Shown: piece after piece, positions 8,488 to 18,087 of the stretch
Position numbering within the stretch: the first letter of the stretch is position 1
Layout of the letters: each line of letters starts with the position of its first letter
NCBI GenBank assembly: GCA_964537055.1
Contig: CAZHYV010000004.1
Coordinates: 46,172 to 110,171, forward strand
DNA: 64,000 bases
Direction of reading: 5' to 3'
Origin: an uncultured Myxococcales bacterium
Lineage (GTDB): Bacteria; Myxococcota_A; Polyangia; Palsa-1104; JAEUJZ01
Made by a program: the position numbers and the translations under genes
Notes under the pieces: generated by a model
The model's input: only the letters and a program-made list of their open reading frames with translations
Databases searched by the model: none
What the model was told of the DNA's origin: nothing

Positions 8488-9615
8488 TTACACCAGCTGC
8501 TGCAAAAACTTATATGCAGGACAAACACGAATTCCTTCCTTCGAAAGATAGTCTTTTTGCCCCATAAAAGAAATTTGCCAAGCTTCGCAATTGGGGAAAC
8601 GTGTTTTTAAATACAGAAGTCCTCTTCCAATGTCCGTATCATTCCATTTACAATCGATAAACCAAAGAGGCTTGCGGTTTTCCAGCACGACAAAATCAAC
8701 CTCCCGGCCATCTATATCACGGAAATATCGTAGCTCTACGTCCCTACCTTCTGCATCCTCTCGAAAATGCACCCATTTCAGTAAATGGGAAGCCACCATA
8801 TTCTCAAACCGCAATGAAGGCTCAGGAACTAAAGACCAATCAAAATGATAATGTTTTTGCTCCTTTTGAACAGCTCTTATCTTAGGCTGTAACTTCCCTC
8901 CCTGAAAAGGAAGCAGCCGAAAGATAGCATACAATCTTTCTAAAATACTTACCCATCGTGAAACAGTTTTATGGCTTGTCTGTAGATCTTCACGAAGAGA
9001 GTTAATGGATAAAGGGCTTCCCACCAGCTCAGGCAAACGTAGCGTAAGAAGTTCCATCTGTGATAAATCATTCACCCTCTCTAGGCTAGTAAGGTCTTCA
9101 TGGAGGAGACGATTTCGATACTCACGCGACCATCTCTTTGCTTCCATCTCAGATCCAATTAGAAAAGGCTCTGGAAAGCCTCCCAAAATAAGTAAATCAT
9201 TCAATTCTTTTTGAAGTGTCAGATTTAGCTCTTTAACTGAAAATGGATGCAGACGCAGATAATGATATCTCCCCTGAAGGGAGTCTCCACCAAACCGATA
9301 AAAGTCGAGACGAGCGCTTCCCATTACTAAAATTTGGTGTTTTTTATCATCGAGATCATAAGTACCCTTCAAATAACTTCGCCAGAGGCGATATTTATGA
9401 AGCTCATCAAAAACCCAAAGAGGCGATGGAGGAAATTGATGCTTCAAAATTCTTTCTCGATGGAGAGGAGAATCCCAGTTTAAATAACCCAAAGGCTCCT
9501 GTAAAAGCTGTTTTGCGATGGTCGTTTTCCCTACCTGCCTAGGTCCTCCTACAAACACCATCTTTCGTTTAAGATCAGCCTGAATTTGAGATTGGAGATA
9601 ACGTTCTTTTTTCAC
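8488..9615 (-). CDS. AAA+ ATPase of the AAA_14 + DUF4143 family (second paralogue)
   Basis: Walker A GGPRQVGKTT. Same architecture as 4458..5615. Confidence 0.8.
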   Translation of the reverse strand: MKKERYLQSQIQADLKRKMVFVGGPRQVGKTTIAKQLLQEPLGYLNWDSPLHRERILKHQFPPSPLWVFDELHKYRLWRSYLKGTYDLDDKKHQILVMGSARLDFYRFGGDSLQGRYHYLRLHPFSVKELNLTLQKELNDLLILGGFPEPFLIGSEMEAKRWSREYRNRLLHEDLTSLERVNDLSQMELLTLRLPELVGSPLSINSLREDLQTSHKTVSRWVSILERLYAIFRLLPFQGGKLQPKIRAVQKEQKHYHFDWSLVPEPSLRFENMVASHLLKWVHFREDAEGRDVELRYFRDIDGREVDFVVLENRKPLWFIDCKWNDTDIGRGLLYLKTRFPNCEAWQISFMGQKDYLSKEGIRVCPAYKFLQQLV

Positions 9616-9627
9616 ACAACAATATTA

Positions 9628-9688
9628 CGAGTTTTTTCACCCAGAGTCAAAATTACTCGCGAGTTTTTTCACCCAGAGTCAAAATTAC
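9628..9688. repeat. two perfect 29-bp tandem direct repeats (cgagttttttcacccagagtcaaaattac) separated by 3 bp, immediately upstream of the ATPase gene start at 9615
   Basis: Read directly from 9628..9656 and 9660..9688. Confidence 0.9.
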
Positions 9689-9892
9689 ACACACATCTAT
9701 TTGTTCTCGCTTATTCTTTCAATCGAAGACGTCTTTCTAGAGGCTTCCTTCTTGAATCTAGTAGAGCTGTAAGCTAATCATCTTTACCATAGTAGCCTAC
9801 AAGAACACCTCACAAAATATCTACCAATCCGAAGCACTTCTGGTAAGCTTGCTTGCACTCTGGTAAGCTTCTCTTTTTGTAGAGGTACGGTC

Positions 9893-10951
9893 ATGATACG
9901 TGTTCTTGAACTAAATCGAGCAGTTGAAAATGCTCGTGTTGTGGAGTACCAAGACGCCCAAGCAGCGCTTTTCGCCCAAAGGCCTGATTCCCATATCCTA
10001 CGTTGGGTAGATATTACTGAGCAAACAAGCGAAGATATTGAACTTATTCGGAAAGGGTTTCAATTCCACCCCTTAACGCTTGAGGATTGCCTCCATTTCG
10101 ATCAACGTCCAAAGCTAGAGGAATTTCCCGGGAATCACCCCTATGTATTTATTGTCATTCATAATTTTAAGATATGCATGACAGGAGATACAACCCATTC
10201 TGACGAAGCTTTGACCCTCCCTCAAAGTAGCCATTCTTCTACCAAAGAAAAGTCTTTGCTTCGGATGCAAGAGGTGCATGCCTATTTGGGCCCGAATTAC
10301 CTCGTGACGGTACATCGCCATCCAATTGCTGAAATTGATGGATTATTTCAAAGGTTACGTTCTGATACCGGTCTTTTTCAAAGAGGATGCGATTTCCTTT
10401 ATTATCTTCTTGCCGACCAACTATGCGATAGCAATTTTCCCGTGCTCGAGCATCTTTCGGACGAACTCGATCAAATCGAGGAACTAGTGATCGCTTCTCC
10501 AGAAAAACGAGTGCTTACGTTAATTTACGATACTCGGAAAGTGCTGGTAAGGATGAGAAGAACGTTATCCCCGCAGCGCGATCTGATGGCGCTGTTAGCA
10601 CGTCATGGAGGTGGGACGTACATCCAGCCAAGCACAGCCCCCTATTTTCGCGACGTATATGACCACCTTGTTAGGATCAACGAAGCGATTGAATCAGGTC
10701 GCGACCTTTTAGGAAACTGTGTTGATGCATATATGTCTTCAGTAGGACAGCGCACCAACGATATTGTAAAGCAGCTCACCATTCTTTCGTCAGTGATGCT
10801 GCCATTGACATTTGTGGTAGGCTTTTTCGGCATGAATTTTGACGCACTGCCTTTTCATTCGCTCGGTTGGTTTGTATTTGTTTTACTGGTGATGATTTTG
10901 ATTTTGCCGACAGGCATGGTCTATTGGTTTCATCGGAAGAGATGGATATGA
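9893..10951 (+). CDS. corA: CorA-family Mg2+/Co2+ transporter
   Basis: C-terminal GMNF motif (FFGMNFDALP) followed by two TM helices. Confidence 0.85.
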   Translation: MIRVLELNRAVENARVVEYQDAQAALFAQRPDSHILRWVDITEQTSEDIELIRKGFQFHPLTLEDCLHFDQRPKLEEFPGNHPYVFIVIHNFKICMTGDTTHSDEALTLPQSSHSSTKEKSLLRMQEVHAYLGPNYLVTVHRHPIAEIDGLFQRLRSDTGLFQRGCDFLYYLLADQLCDSNFPVLEHLSDELDQIEELVIASPEKRVLTLIYDTRKVLVRMRRTLSPQRDLMALLARHGGGTYIQPSTAPYFRDVYDHLVRINEAIESGRDLLGNCVDAYMSSVGQRTNDIVKQLTILSSVMLPLTFVVGFFGMNFDALPFHSLGWFVFVLLVMILILPTGMVYWFHRKRWI

Positions 10952-11964
10952 TTTCAAAGGTAGGGGGACTATCCTCCCCACCAAAGACGGCCTTAGAACC
11001 AAAGCGGCCCCCAGAATCGCTTGGGCTTGGGGGCATTTTGGGGCAAGAATTCGTAACATCACTCCTTCGAAAGTCGATTATTCAAAAGCGTTTGCACCAT
11101 GCTTACCTCTTTGATGGGCCTTTTGGAGTAGGTAAGGCAACCTGTGCAAAAGCTCTTTTTGCAGCCCTCAACTGCGAAGCTCCCCCGGTCCCAGGAGATG
11201 CCTGCGGCAGCTGCAGATCATGTAGAAAAGTTATTTTTCAAACTCATCCCGACCTTATCTTTGTCGACATGACCCTTGCAGGGCTTGCCGAAGAAGTCGA
11301 GCGGCTTCTTGGCCGTCTCACCTCTTCTCCCTACGAAGGCAAAGCGGCTTTAGTCATTTTTGACCCAGCTGACGCCTTTGCCGCCCCCACAGCGATCACT
11401 GCAGCCAACCGTCTGCTAAAAACGTTAGAGGAGCCTAGGCAGAATATCTATTTTGTGCTGATTTGCCAAAACGCTCATGTCCTCTTACCCACTCTTCGTT
11501 CACGCATGCAACGAATCCGCTTTTCTCCGTTGCCAGAGGCACTCATCCAAGAAGCCGTCATTTCTCAAGGTTTTGCAAAAGGGCCTCTATCAGAGTCTAT
11601 GTTGCGATTCGCTCAAGGTAGTTTAGGACGAGTCCATGAAATTCTTGCAAACCAAGAGGACTGGGAGCAACGAATGAATTGCGCCCAAAGTCTTCTTGAA
11701 GCGGCTAAAGAAGGTAGTGTAAAACGGATTGTCACAGTCTGTGCCCAAAGTGAGTTCTCTAACCGAGAGCAGGCCCAGCGGATTCTTGAGGGAATTCTCT
11801 TACTTTTATATGAGGATCTTAGCAAGAACCATTCACGCACACTTCTTTTATCCAAGATTCGAGTGGTCCAAGAAACGATGGAGGCCATTCGCAGATTTAT
11901 TACACCTCAATTCGCGCTTGAACGAATGTTGCGGAGAATGAAGCAGAGCATTGAATCTCTGTAG
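10942..11964 (+). CDS. holB: DNA polymerase III delta-prime subunit
   Basis: ILGQE...HAYLFDGPFGVGK P-loop and a Cys-x2-Cys-x-Cys zinc module (CGSCRSC). The start is set at the ATG overlapping the corA stop; the ORF track extends further upstream. Confidence 0.75.
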   Translation: MDMISKVGGLSSPPKTALEPKRPPESLGLGGILGQEFVTSLLRKSIIQKRLHHAYLFDGPFGVGKATCAKALFAALNCEAPPVPGDACGSCRSCRKVIFQTHPDLIFVDMTLAGLAEEVERLLGRLTSSPYEGKAALVIFDPADAFAAPTAITAANRLLKTLEEPRQNIYFVLICQNAHVLLPTLRSRMQRIRFSPLPEALIQEAVISQGFAKGPLSESMLRFAQGSLGRVHEILANQEDWEQRMNCAQSLLEAAKEGSVKRIVTVCAQSEFSNREQAQRILEGILLLLYEDLSKNHSRTLLLSKIRVVQETMEAIRRFITPQFALERMLRRMKQSIESL

Positions 11965-12251
11965 CGAGATACATTCCTTTAGAAGTACCTTCTTTTAAAC
12001 GTGTTCTTACTAAGCGTATTCTTACCGTAACAACAGATTAAGTAGTTAGACTCTCATTGCAGGTCCTTATTCTTGTCGGAGAAAGTAGGAACATGTAGTC
12101 TGAAGTAATTACTTATCTCACGAATTTTCATACGATCTTTTACTTTTTTTCCTAACCAAAAATTTTTGTGTTAGGTTGCGCTCTCGTTAGGGCAGCAGAG
12201 AATACGTTTGCCCTTAATAACCCTGGTTGTAACTACCGTTTTGGAGATTTT

Positions 12252-13772
12252 ATGAAAACATATATTGCGCTTCTAGGAACCCTTCTTTTCCTTGCTTCTT
12301 GTAACTTTAGCATCCCGGCAAAGCCTTTTCCAGATCCAATGGATATGCCTCCCGTTGGAACACAAGATTTTAACGTAGCCAACATTGATACAAAATTCGG
12401 TGATACTAAAGGGGGAACGACCATCACCCTTACGGGCAAGGGGCTCACCCAAGATACCAAAGTGACGGTTGGCGATAAGGTAGCTGTGGTCAAAAGTGCA
12501 TCTGCAGACGGGACTAGCCTTCAATTCACTTTACCAGCAAGTCCAGGAACTGTGGGAAAGAAAACCATTACCCTCATGAACACAAAGGGTATGGTAGTCG
12601 AGTTAAAGGATGTGTTTACTTACTATTTAGGAAATATCTCTTTTACCAGTATGTCTTCAGCAGCAATTCTTAGTAGTACCTCTCCTTTGCATATTGCGGT
12701 AGCGAATCTTGATAATGACGCAAACAACATTCAAGATCTTGCCATTGTCAATATGGACAACCGAAACGTTGATATTCTGGTTGGGGACGGCCAAGGGAAC
12801 TTCAGCCTGAATCCAATCCTCCAGTTTAACTTTGGTGGTACTTACCATAATTTTTCTGCTACTGGAGATTTCAACAACGACGGTCTTACCGATTTAGCCA
12901 TTATCAGCCCAGGCGATAGTTTAATCGCGCTTGCCCAAAAACGTCCGGGAGCAACCAACGGTTTTGTTATTGAGGGAAACATAGGTTCTGGGAATATCCC
13001 AAATGCGATTGTTCTTGTGGATCTGGATGGAGATAACCGTCTTGACATTGCTGCAGCCAACACAGACACCACCAATATGAACCGTCTTAGCGTCTATCGT
13101 AATAATACTCCAGCCATGGGAGTCGTTACCTACCTTCCTCCCCAAAAACTTCCTCTGCCAACTGCCGTTTCCTCCCTCCTAGCAGCGGACCTGAACAAGG
13201 ATGGAAAAGTTGACTTGGTTGCTGCTTCCTCTACCAGCTTCCATGCCCTCCTTAACACAGGGATGGCCGCCACACTCTTTGCAGGCACTCCAGCGGACCA
13301 AGCTTTCTCAGGCTTTACTCCTCAGGCAGGGTTTTTTGCCCCTCTTTCGATGACCTCCTCATCTAACCAGATAGACCTTGCGTTTGTAGGAACGGATGGC
13401 ACCAACAAGACCATGGCTTTCTATGATAACACCTCTCCAGGGACCTCCCTTGCCTTTACCAAAAACACTGCCAGTGTGATGGTAGAGTCAGGCGTGGGAA
13501 ATCCGGCAAGCTCTCTAGCCATGGTTGATTTCAACAAAGATGGCTATAACGATTTTGTTGTCACCTCAGGTTCAACCATTCGGGTCTATCTTAGCAAAGC
13601 CTTAGAAGGAAAAGGCCTAGCTTTCGCAGATGCGATTGTATTCCAGACCGTAACACCTACGGTCCTAAGAGACATGAAATTGGTAGATACCAACGCAGAT
13701 GGATTAATGGATATCGTCACCATTTCTCGAAATGATGCAAAGGTCTACGTATTCCAAAATAGCTCAAACTAG
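12252..13772 (+). CDS. lipoprotein with an IPT/TIG domain followed by FG-GAP (integrin-alpha-like) repeats
   Basis: Start at the ATG with a GGAGA SD; lipobox LASC. DxNxDGxxD repeats: DFNNDGLTD, DLDGDNRLD, DLNKDGKVD, DFNKDGYND, DTNADGLMD. Confidence 0.75.
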   Translation: MKTYIALLGTLLFLASCNFSIPAKPFPDPMDMPPVGTQDFNVANIDTKFGDTKGGTTITLTGKGLTQDTKVTVGDKVAVVKSASADGTSLQFTLPASPGTVGKKTITLMNTKGMVVELKDVFTYYLGNISFTSMSSAAILSSTSPLHIAVANLDNDANNIQDLAIVNMDNRNVDILVGDGQGNFSLNPILQFNFGGTYHNFSATGDFNNDGLTDLAIISPGDSLIALAQKRPGATNGFVIEGNIGSGNIPNAIVLVDLDGDNRLDIAAANTDTTNMNRLSVYRNNTPAMGVVTYLPPQKLPLPTAVSSLLAADLNKDGKVDLVAASSTSFHALLNTGMAATLFAGTPADQAFSGFTPQAGFFAPLSMTSSSNQIDLAFVGTDGTNKTMAFYDNTSPGTSLAFTKNTASVMVESGVGNPASSLAMVDFNKDGYNDFVVTSGSTIRVYLSKALEGKGLAFADAIVFQTVTPTVLRDMKLVDTNADGLMDIVTISRNDAKVYVFQNSSN

Positions 13773-14067
13773 TCTTCCCCTCAAAAGCCGGCCTGATCGA
13801 AGGAAGGCCTGGTTGAGCGTTCTTTGCCTCATCTAGGCCTTCCCTTTTCGCCCTAACAGCCTACTATCTCCTACAAGCAGATTTCGTAATAACCTTTTAA
13901 GAAATTGGTGGCTTAGCTCTTCCTCAAGAAAAAACAAATTAGTCTGTATTTGCGCTTGAACCTGTGCTAAAATGAATAAACGTTTATCTTTCTAAAGCAC
14001 ATAGATAGACATGAAGCAAAAGAACGATCAAATGGTATCGTAGGTAATGAACGTAAAGGAGACAGTG

Positions 14068-15492
14068 ATGGGACAAAAACATTTATCTCAAATCTTTGGG
14101 GTCGTATTTCTGCTCTCTTCTCTAAGCTGTGGAACAAATTCCTCAGATCCAAATGGCGCTATTGATCCATCCCTACCCCCTAAAATTAAGTCCATCACCC
14201 CTGGCTCCGCAAAAACAAGCGGTGGCGAAGTCGTTTCGATCCAAGGAGAAAACTTCATTTCTGGAATTACTGTTTCCTTTGATGAGCAAGCTGCAGAGGA
14301 TATAGACCTGGTCTCTTCTACAGAAATTAAAGTTTTGGTGCCTAAACGGATAGGGATTCAAGGGAACGTTCCCGTAAAACTTACAAACCATACCTCTCAC
14401 GGAGCACTCTCTGATACGGCGACTGAACTATTTGCTTACTATCCCTCGTTGATGCAATTTGGTTCAATTCTCTCCGTCCAAGGAATGGTCCCCACTCTTG
14501 TTGCAACTTCTTTGAATATGACAGGTGATGGAAGGCCATCGCTTATAGCAAGCCAGACGAATAGCCAAACCAATGATACCGAGTTAAGCGTTTTTTTATA
14601 TAACTCTGTGACAAAGCAGTTTGTTGGTACTTCGTTTTACTCGACAAAAGAGGTTCCTACGGTAATGTCTAAAGCATTTTTGAATACCGATAACAAAGAA
14701 GATCTTCTTGTGGGTCTCTCCTCAGGAAAGATTTTACTGTTCTTCAATAATGGGGCAGGAAGCTTTGTTCCACCCATTACGCTAGTGCCCGCTATTACAG
14801 GGGCTGTTAAATTTCTTACCCCTGTAGACTACAATAAAGATGGGAATATGGATATCGGCGTTATGGTGGATAACTACCTTGGCTTTATTCATAATAACGG
14901 GGATGGAACCTTCGCCCTTTTAAAGATGGGATTTGCAGGAAATACTCCCACCTTTCCGGCGATGATTGATTATAACCATGATGGTTGGTTAGACTTTTTA
15001 GTAATCTCCAATGCCAGAACGTACTTACTTCAAGGGAACCCAGACGGAACTTTCCAAACGGCCTCTGGCATGAGTGAGATTGCCTCGCCAAAAGCTTTCG
15101 TGGTGTCTGACTTTAACAACGATAAGAAGGCAGATCTCTTGGTAGTGAAAGACAATGGTGGTGTCATAGAATCCAGCATATGGTTCGAACACGGAGGAGC
15201 TTTTCAGGCAAAAGATTCCCTACCTTTTGTAGAAATCCCTAAGAATATGATAGCAACTGACTTGAATGGAGATTCAATACTCGATCTAATCATTACAGGC
15301 GAAAGTATGATGTTTGCTCATCTTGGCAATGGAGATGGAACTTTCCAAGCGCCTACTTATTTCTCAAGCCCTGCGAAGAGCAGCTTGGTTACGATTGGGG
15401 ACCTCGACTTAGATACAAAGCCCGATATTCTAGTTTACTACCTCGACGGAATGAACCCTACTCTGGGACTTGTCCCGAACACATCCCAGTAA
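14068..15492 (+). CDS. secreted protein with an IPT/TIG domain and FG-GAP repeats (paralogue of 12252..13772)
   Basis: Start at the ATG with an AAGGAGA SD. Repeats DYNKDGNMD, DYNHDGWLD, DFNNDKKAD, DLNGDSILD. Confidence 0.75.
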   Translation: MGQKHLSQIFGVVFLLSSLSCGTNSSDPNGAIDPSLPPKIKSITPGSAKTSGGEVVSIQGENFISGITVSFDEQAAEDIDLVSSTEIKVLVPKRIGIQGNVPVKLTNHTSHGALSDTATELFAYYPSLMQFGSILSVQGMVPTLVATSLNMTGDGRPSLIASQTNSQTNDTELSVFLYNSVTKQFVGTSFYSTKEVPTVMSKAFLNTDNKEDLLVGLSSGKILLFFNNGAGSFVPPITLVPAITGAVKFLTPVDYNKDGNMDIGVMVDNYLGFIHNNGDGTFALLKMGFAGNTPTFPAMIDYNHDGWLDFLVISNARTYLLQGNPDGTFQTASGMSEIASPKAFVVSDFNNDKKADLLVVKDNGGVIESSIWFEHGGAFQAKDSLPFVEIPKNMIATDLNGDSILDLIITGESMMFAHLGNGDGTFQAPTYFSSPAKSSLVTIGDLDLDTKPDILVYYLDGMNPTLGLVPNTSQ

Positions 15493-15555
15493 GCAGGAAT
15501 ATGGGGAGATGCTCCGTTCACCCGCCCCTTTATCAAGTCCTAAGGACCCTCCCCG

Positions 15556-16611
15556 TTAAGAACGAATCAGCTTCAGTATATCCCTAATCGTAATGAGAAG
15601 GATCAATCCAAGCAGAAGCAAGAAGCCAATGGCATGGATCCATTGTTCGGCTTTCTTCGAGACGGATTTTCGGGTAATCATTTCCCAGCCGATAAATAAA
15701 AGCCGGCCGCCATCAAGAGCAGGAATGGGAAGCAGGTTAAAGAATCCTAATGCTGCACTAATGAGGGCAATCGTTTCAAGAGCTTCAATCACCCCAGCAC
15801 GAATCTGGCCCTTCAGCTGCCTTACAATTTGTACAGGCCCGCCTACCTCTTTTAAAGCTTTTCGGTCTGTAAACATCTTCTTAAACCCCTGGATCTGTGT
15901 CCAGGTAAGCGCCACGGGATAGATAAGCGCATTCTTTACAGCAGTCCCTAACCCAAGGTGCTGCCGCTCGATCTTAGGGATAGTGACTACCCCAATCCGC
16001 CAACTGTTCTCTTCAAACACAGGGGTCACCATGACGGTTTGCTTATCATGCCCCCTTTGAATCTCAATCACCATCGGATGACCGGCGGATTTCTGAATGC
16101 GTTCTACAAATTCATCAGGGGTCTTGATAAAAACACCATCCAAGGTGAGGATGGTATCCTTCATTTGGAGCCCTGCTTTTGCAGCTGGATATCCATCCAA
16201 GGCTTGTCCAACCATCACTCCCTCTTCCAAAGGAGTAGGCGTCCCTGCACTTAGGTTCAGACCCAATACCAGAAAGCAGGCAAATAGATAGTTGATCAGG
16301 GGCCCGGCAAGCACTACCAAAAACCGCTGCCAACCAGGCCGATTTGGATAAAGCCTAGGGTCTGCAGGATCGTTTTTCTTTTCTCCTTCTTCTTCAGGGT
16401 TCAGCCCGGCGATCTGTACATAACCTCCTAAGGGAATCGGAGCAATTTGGTAGGTCGTTTCTCCTATCTTCTTTGACCATAAGGCTGGACCAAATCCAAC
16501 CGAGAATTTATCCACCCGCATCCCGCAAGCACGAGCCATAAGCAAATGACCAAATTCATGAATGATCACCAAGAAACATAAAGCCAAAATGGCAAGAAGA
16601 ATAGAAAGCAT
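15556..16611 (-). CDS. rseP: RIP site-2 zinc metalloprotease RseP
   Basis: HEFGH motif in the first TM helix, a PDZ domain, and a C-terminal LDGG motif. Confidence 0.85.
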   Translation of the reverse strand: MLSILLAILALCFLVIIHEFGHLLMARACGMRVDKFSVGFGPALWSKKIGETTYQIAPIPLGGYVQIAGLNPEEEGEKKNDPADPRLYPNRPGWQRFLVVLAGPLINYLFACFLVLGLNLSAGTPTPLEEGVMVGQALDGYPAAKAGLQMKDTILTLDGVFIKTPDEFVERIQKSAGHPMVIEIQRGHDKQTVMVTPVFEENSWRIGVVTIPKIERQHLGLGTAVKNALIYPVALTWTQIQGFKKMFTDRKALKEVGGPVQIVRQLKGQIRAGVIEALETIALISAALGFFNLLPIPALDGGRLLFIGWEMITRKSVSKKAEQWIHAIGFLLLLGLILLITIRDILKLIRS

Positions 16612-16745
16612 AAGCTAAACGTACTCCGGATTTGTAGATTCGGCAATGAAGAATCTTGCAAATTCTTCCTTCTCCATTAATTCTTGCAGGCCCAAAGAGC
16701 TTCTTCTATAATCTGTAAACCCTACACCAAGGCACAAAGAGGATC

Positions 16746-17924
16746 ATGACTATGCATGAAAGTTTTATTTTCAAACAGATTCAACGTGGAAACCGAAATC
16801 TTGTCATTTTCAGCCTTTTCTGGATCTTCTTTGCGGTCGCAGGTCTTATTTACAAGAACAACTTTTTCAAACATCTTTTTACTTCGAAGATAACCCCACC
16901 TAGCGAAGTTTACGAATTGAAAGACGAACAATCCTCAAAAGGGAAATTTGTTCGTTTAGAAGCAAACGAAATTTTCAATTTATTTTATGTAGAATATGAG
17001 CAACAAGAAGGGTCGAAATCGTCACAGACAGATCTTGCCCAATTTTGGGCCGTGATGATTTCGCCCTCTGCAGACAAAAACATCGCCGCTGTAAACACCC
17101 CTGTTGAGAAAAAAATCCTAATCGTAAAATTTGATATCAAAGATCCACGCGTTAAAGATCATTTGGAAAATACGGAATTTTTAGAGCTGGTCGGAAAGGC
17201 CCAGCGCCTTGAGGGAGAGCTACAGCCATTTCCAACCTATCTAAAAAGTTATGCAAATAAAAATTTTAAAGATCTCCCTCTTGTCCCCGTGATGCTTGAT
17301 ACGAGAAATCAACGTCTGGATTCCTACCTAACTCTGGGGATTGGAGTACTTGTTCTCTCTGCAGGATTTTGGGGGCTTTATTTAGCCTACCGACGCTCGA
17401 AAGATCCAAGCCTTCACCCAATTAGCCGAGCAATTGCGAAGGTGGACACATTCGATGTTGTTGTAAATAAAATTGAAGCAGAAATGCAACGGCCGGATGT
17501 TAACCACATTGGACCTTTTACGATTTCAAAATCTTGGTTTTTCCGTAAATACCTTTTTGGAGCTCATGTTCTTTACCTTCCTGATTTGGTTTGGGTCTAT
17601 AAACAGGTGACCCAGCACCGTCATAACGGAATCCCCTCAGGAAAAACTTATGAACTTATTTGTTGGAAAAGAGATGGAAGCAAGCTAGCCCTTCATACCC
17701 GTAAAAAGCAAAGTGATCAGGTATTAGAAGCGTTAATCCAAAAGGTGCCCTATGTAATTTATGGATTTTCGGAAGAGCTAAAAAAGACCTGGGCCTCTAA
17801 CAGAGCCGATATGATCGCTGCAATTGATGCACAACGAAAACCTCCTTCTCCGTCGTTTGCCCCTGAACGCCCTAATCCTGAACCTCCACAGGAAATCAAT
17901 AACTCCGGGTATGCGCTTCCTTAG
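16746..17924 (+). CDS. hypothetical membrane protein with a Pro-rich C-terminus
   Basis: Two predicted TM helices; no known motifs. Confidence 0.45.
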   Translation: MTMHESFIFKQIQRGNRNLVIFSLFWIFFAVAGLIYKNNFFKHLFTSKITPPSEVYELKDEQSSKGKFVRLEANEIFNLFYVEYEQQEGSKSSQTDLAQFWAVMISPSADKNIAAVNTPVEKKILIVKFDIKDPRVKDHLENTEFLELVGKAQRLEGELQPFPTYLKSYANKNFKDLPLVPVMLDTRNQRLDSYLTLGIGVLVLSAGFWGLYLAYRRSKDPSLHPISRAIAKVDTFDVVVNKIEAEMQRPDVNHIGPFTISKSWFFRKYLFGAHVLYLPDLVWVYKQVTQHRHNGIPSGKTYELICWKRDGSKLALHTRKKQSDQVLEALIQKVPYVIYGFSEELKKTWASNRADMIAAIDAQRKPPSPSFAPERPNPEPPQEINNSGYALP

Positions 17925-18087
17925 GCGTCTCTGAAAATACTTGATTCCGAAGGCTCTTAAGAATTGCTATCCCGTTTTTCTGCTGATCCTGTACGGTCCA
18001 TGTACGTTTCTGTCGTTGAGGTACGGCAGAATTACATATTATTTGTTTGTCTTGCATGCACGTTGTCACGCATGTTACGATAAGTAT

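Noticed and set aside
9628-9688. CRISPR array
   Set aside because: There are only two repeat units, directly adjacent with a 3-bp gap, with no spacers and no cas genes.
12168-12251. Upstream extension of the FG-GAP lipoprotein ORF (MLGCALVRAAEN...)
   Set aside because: The ATG at 12252 has a GGAGA SD and yields a canonical lipoprotein signal peptide (lipobox LASC). The extension lacks an SD.
17941-18087. ATG-initiated N-terminal extension of the first LRR protein
   Set aside because: The extension is not signal-peptide-like. The in-frame GTG at 18088 gives a proper signal peptide. This remains uncertain, hence moderate confidence.
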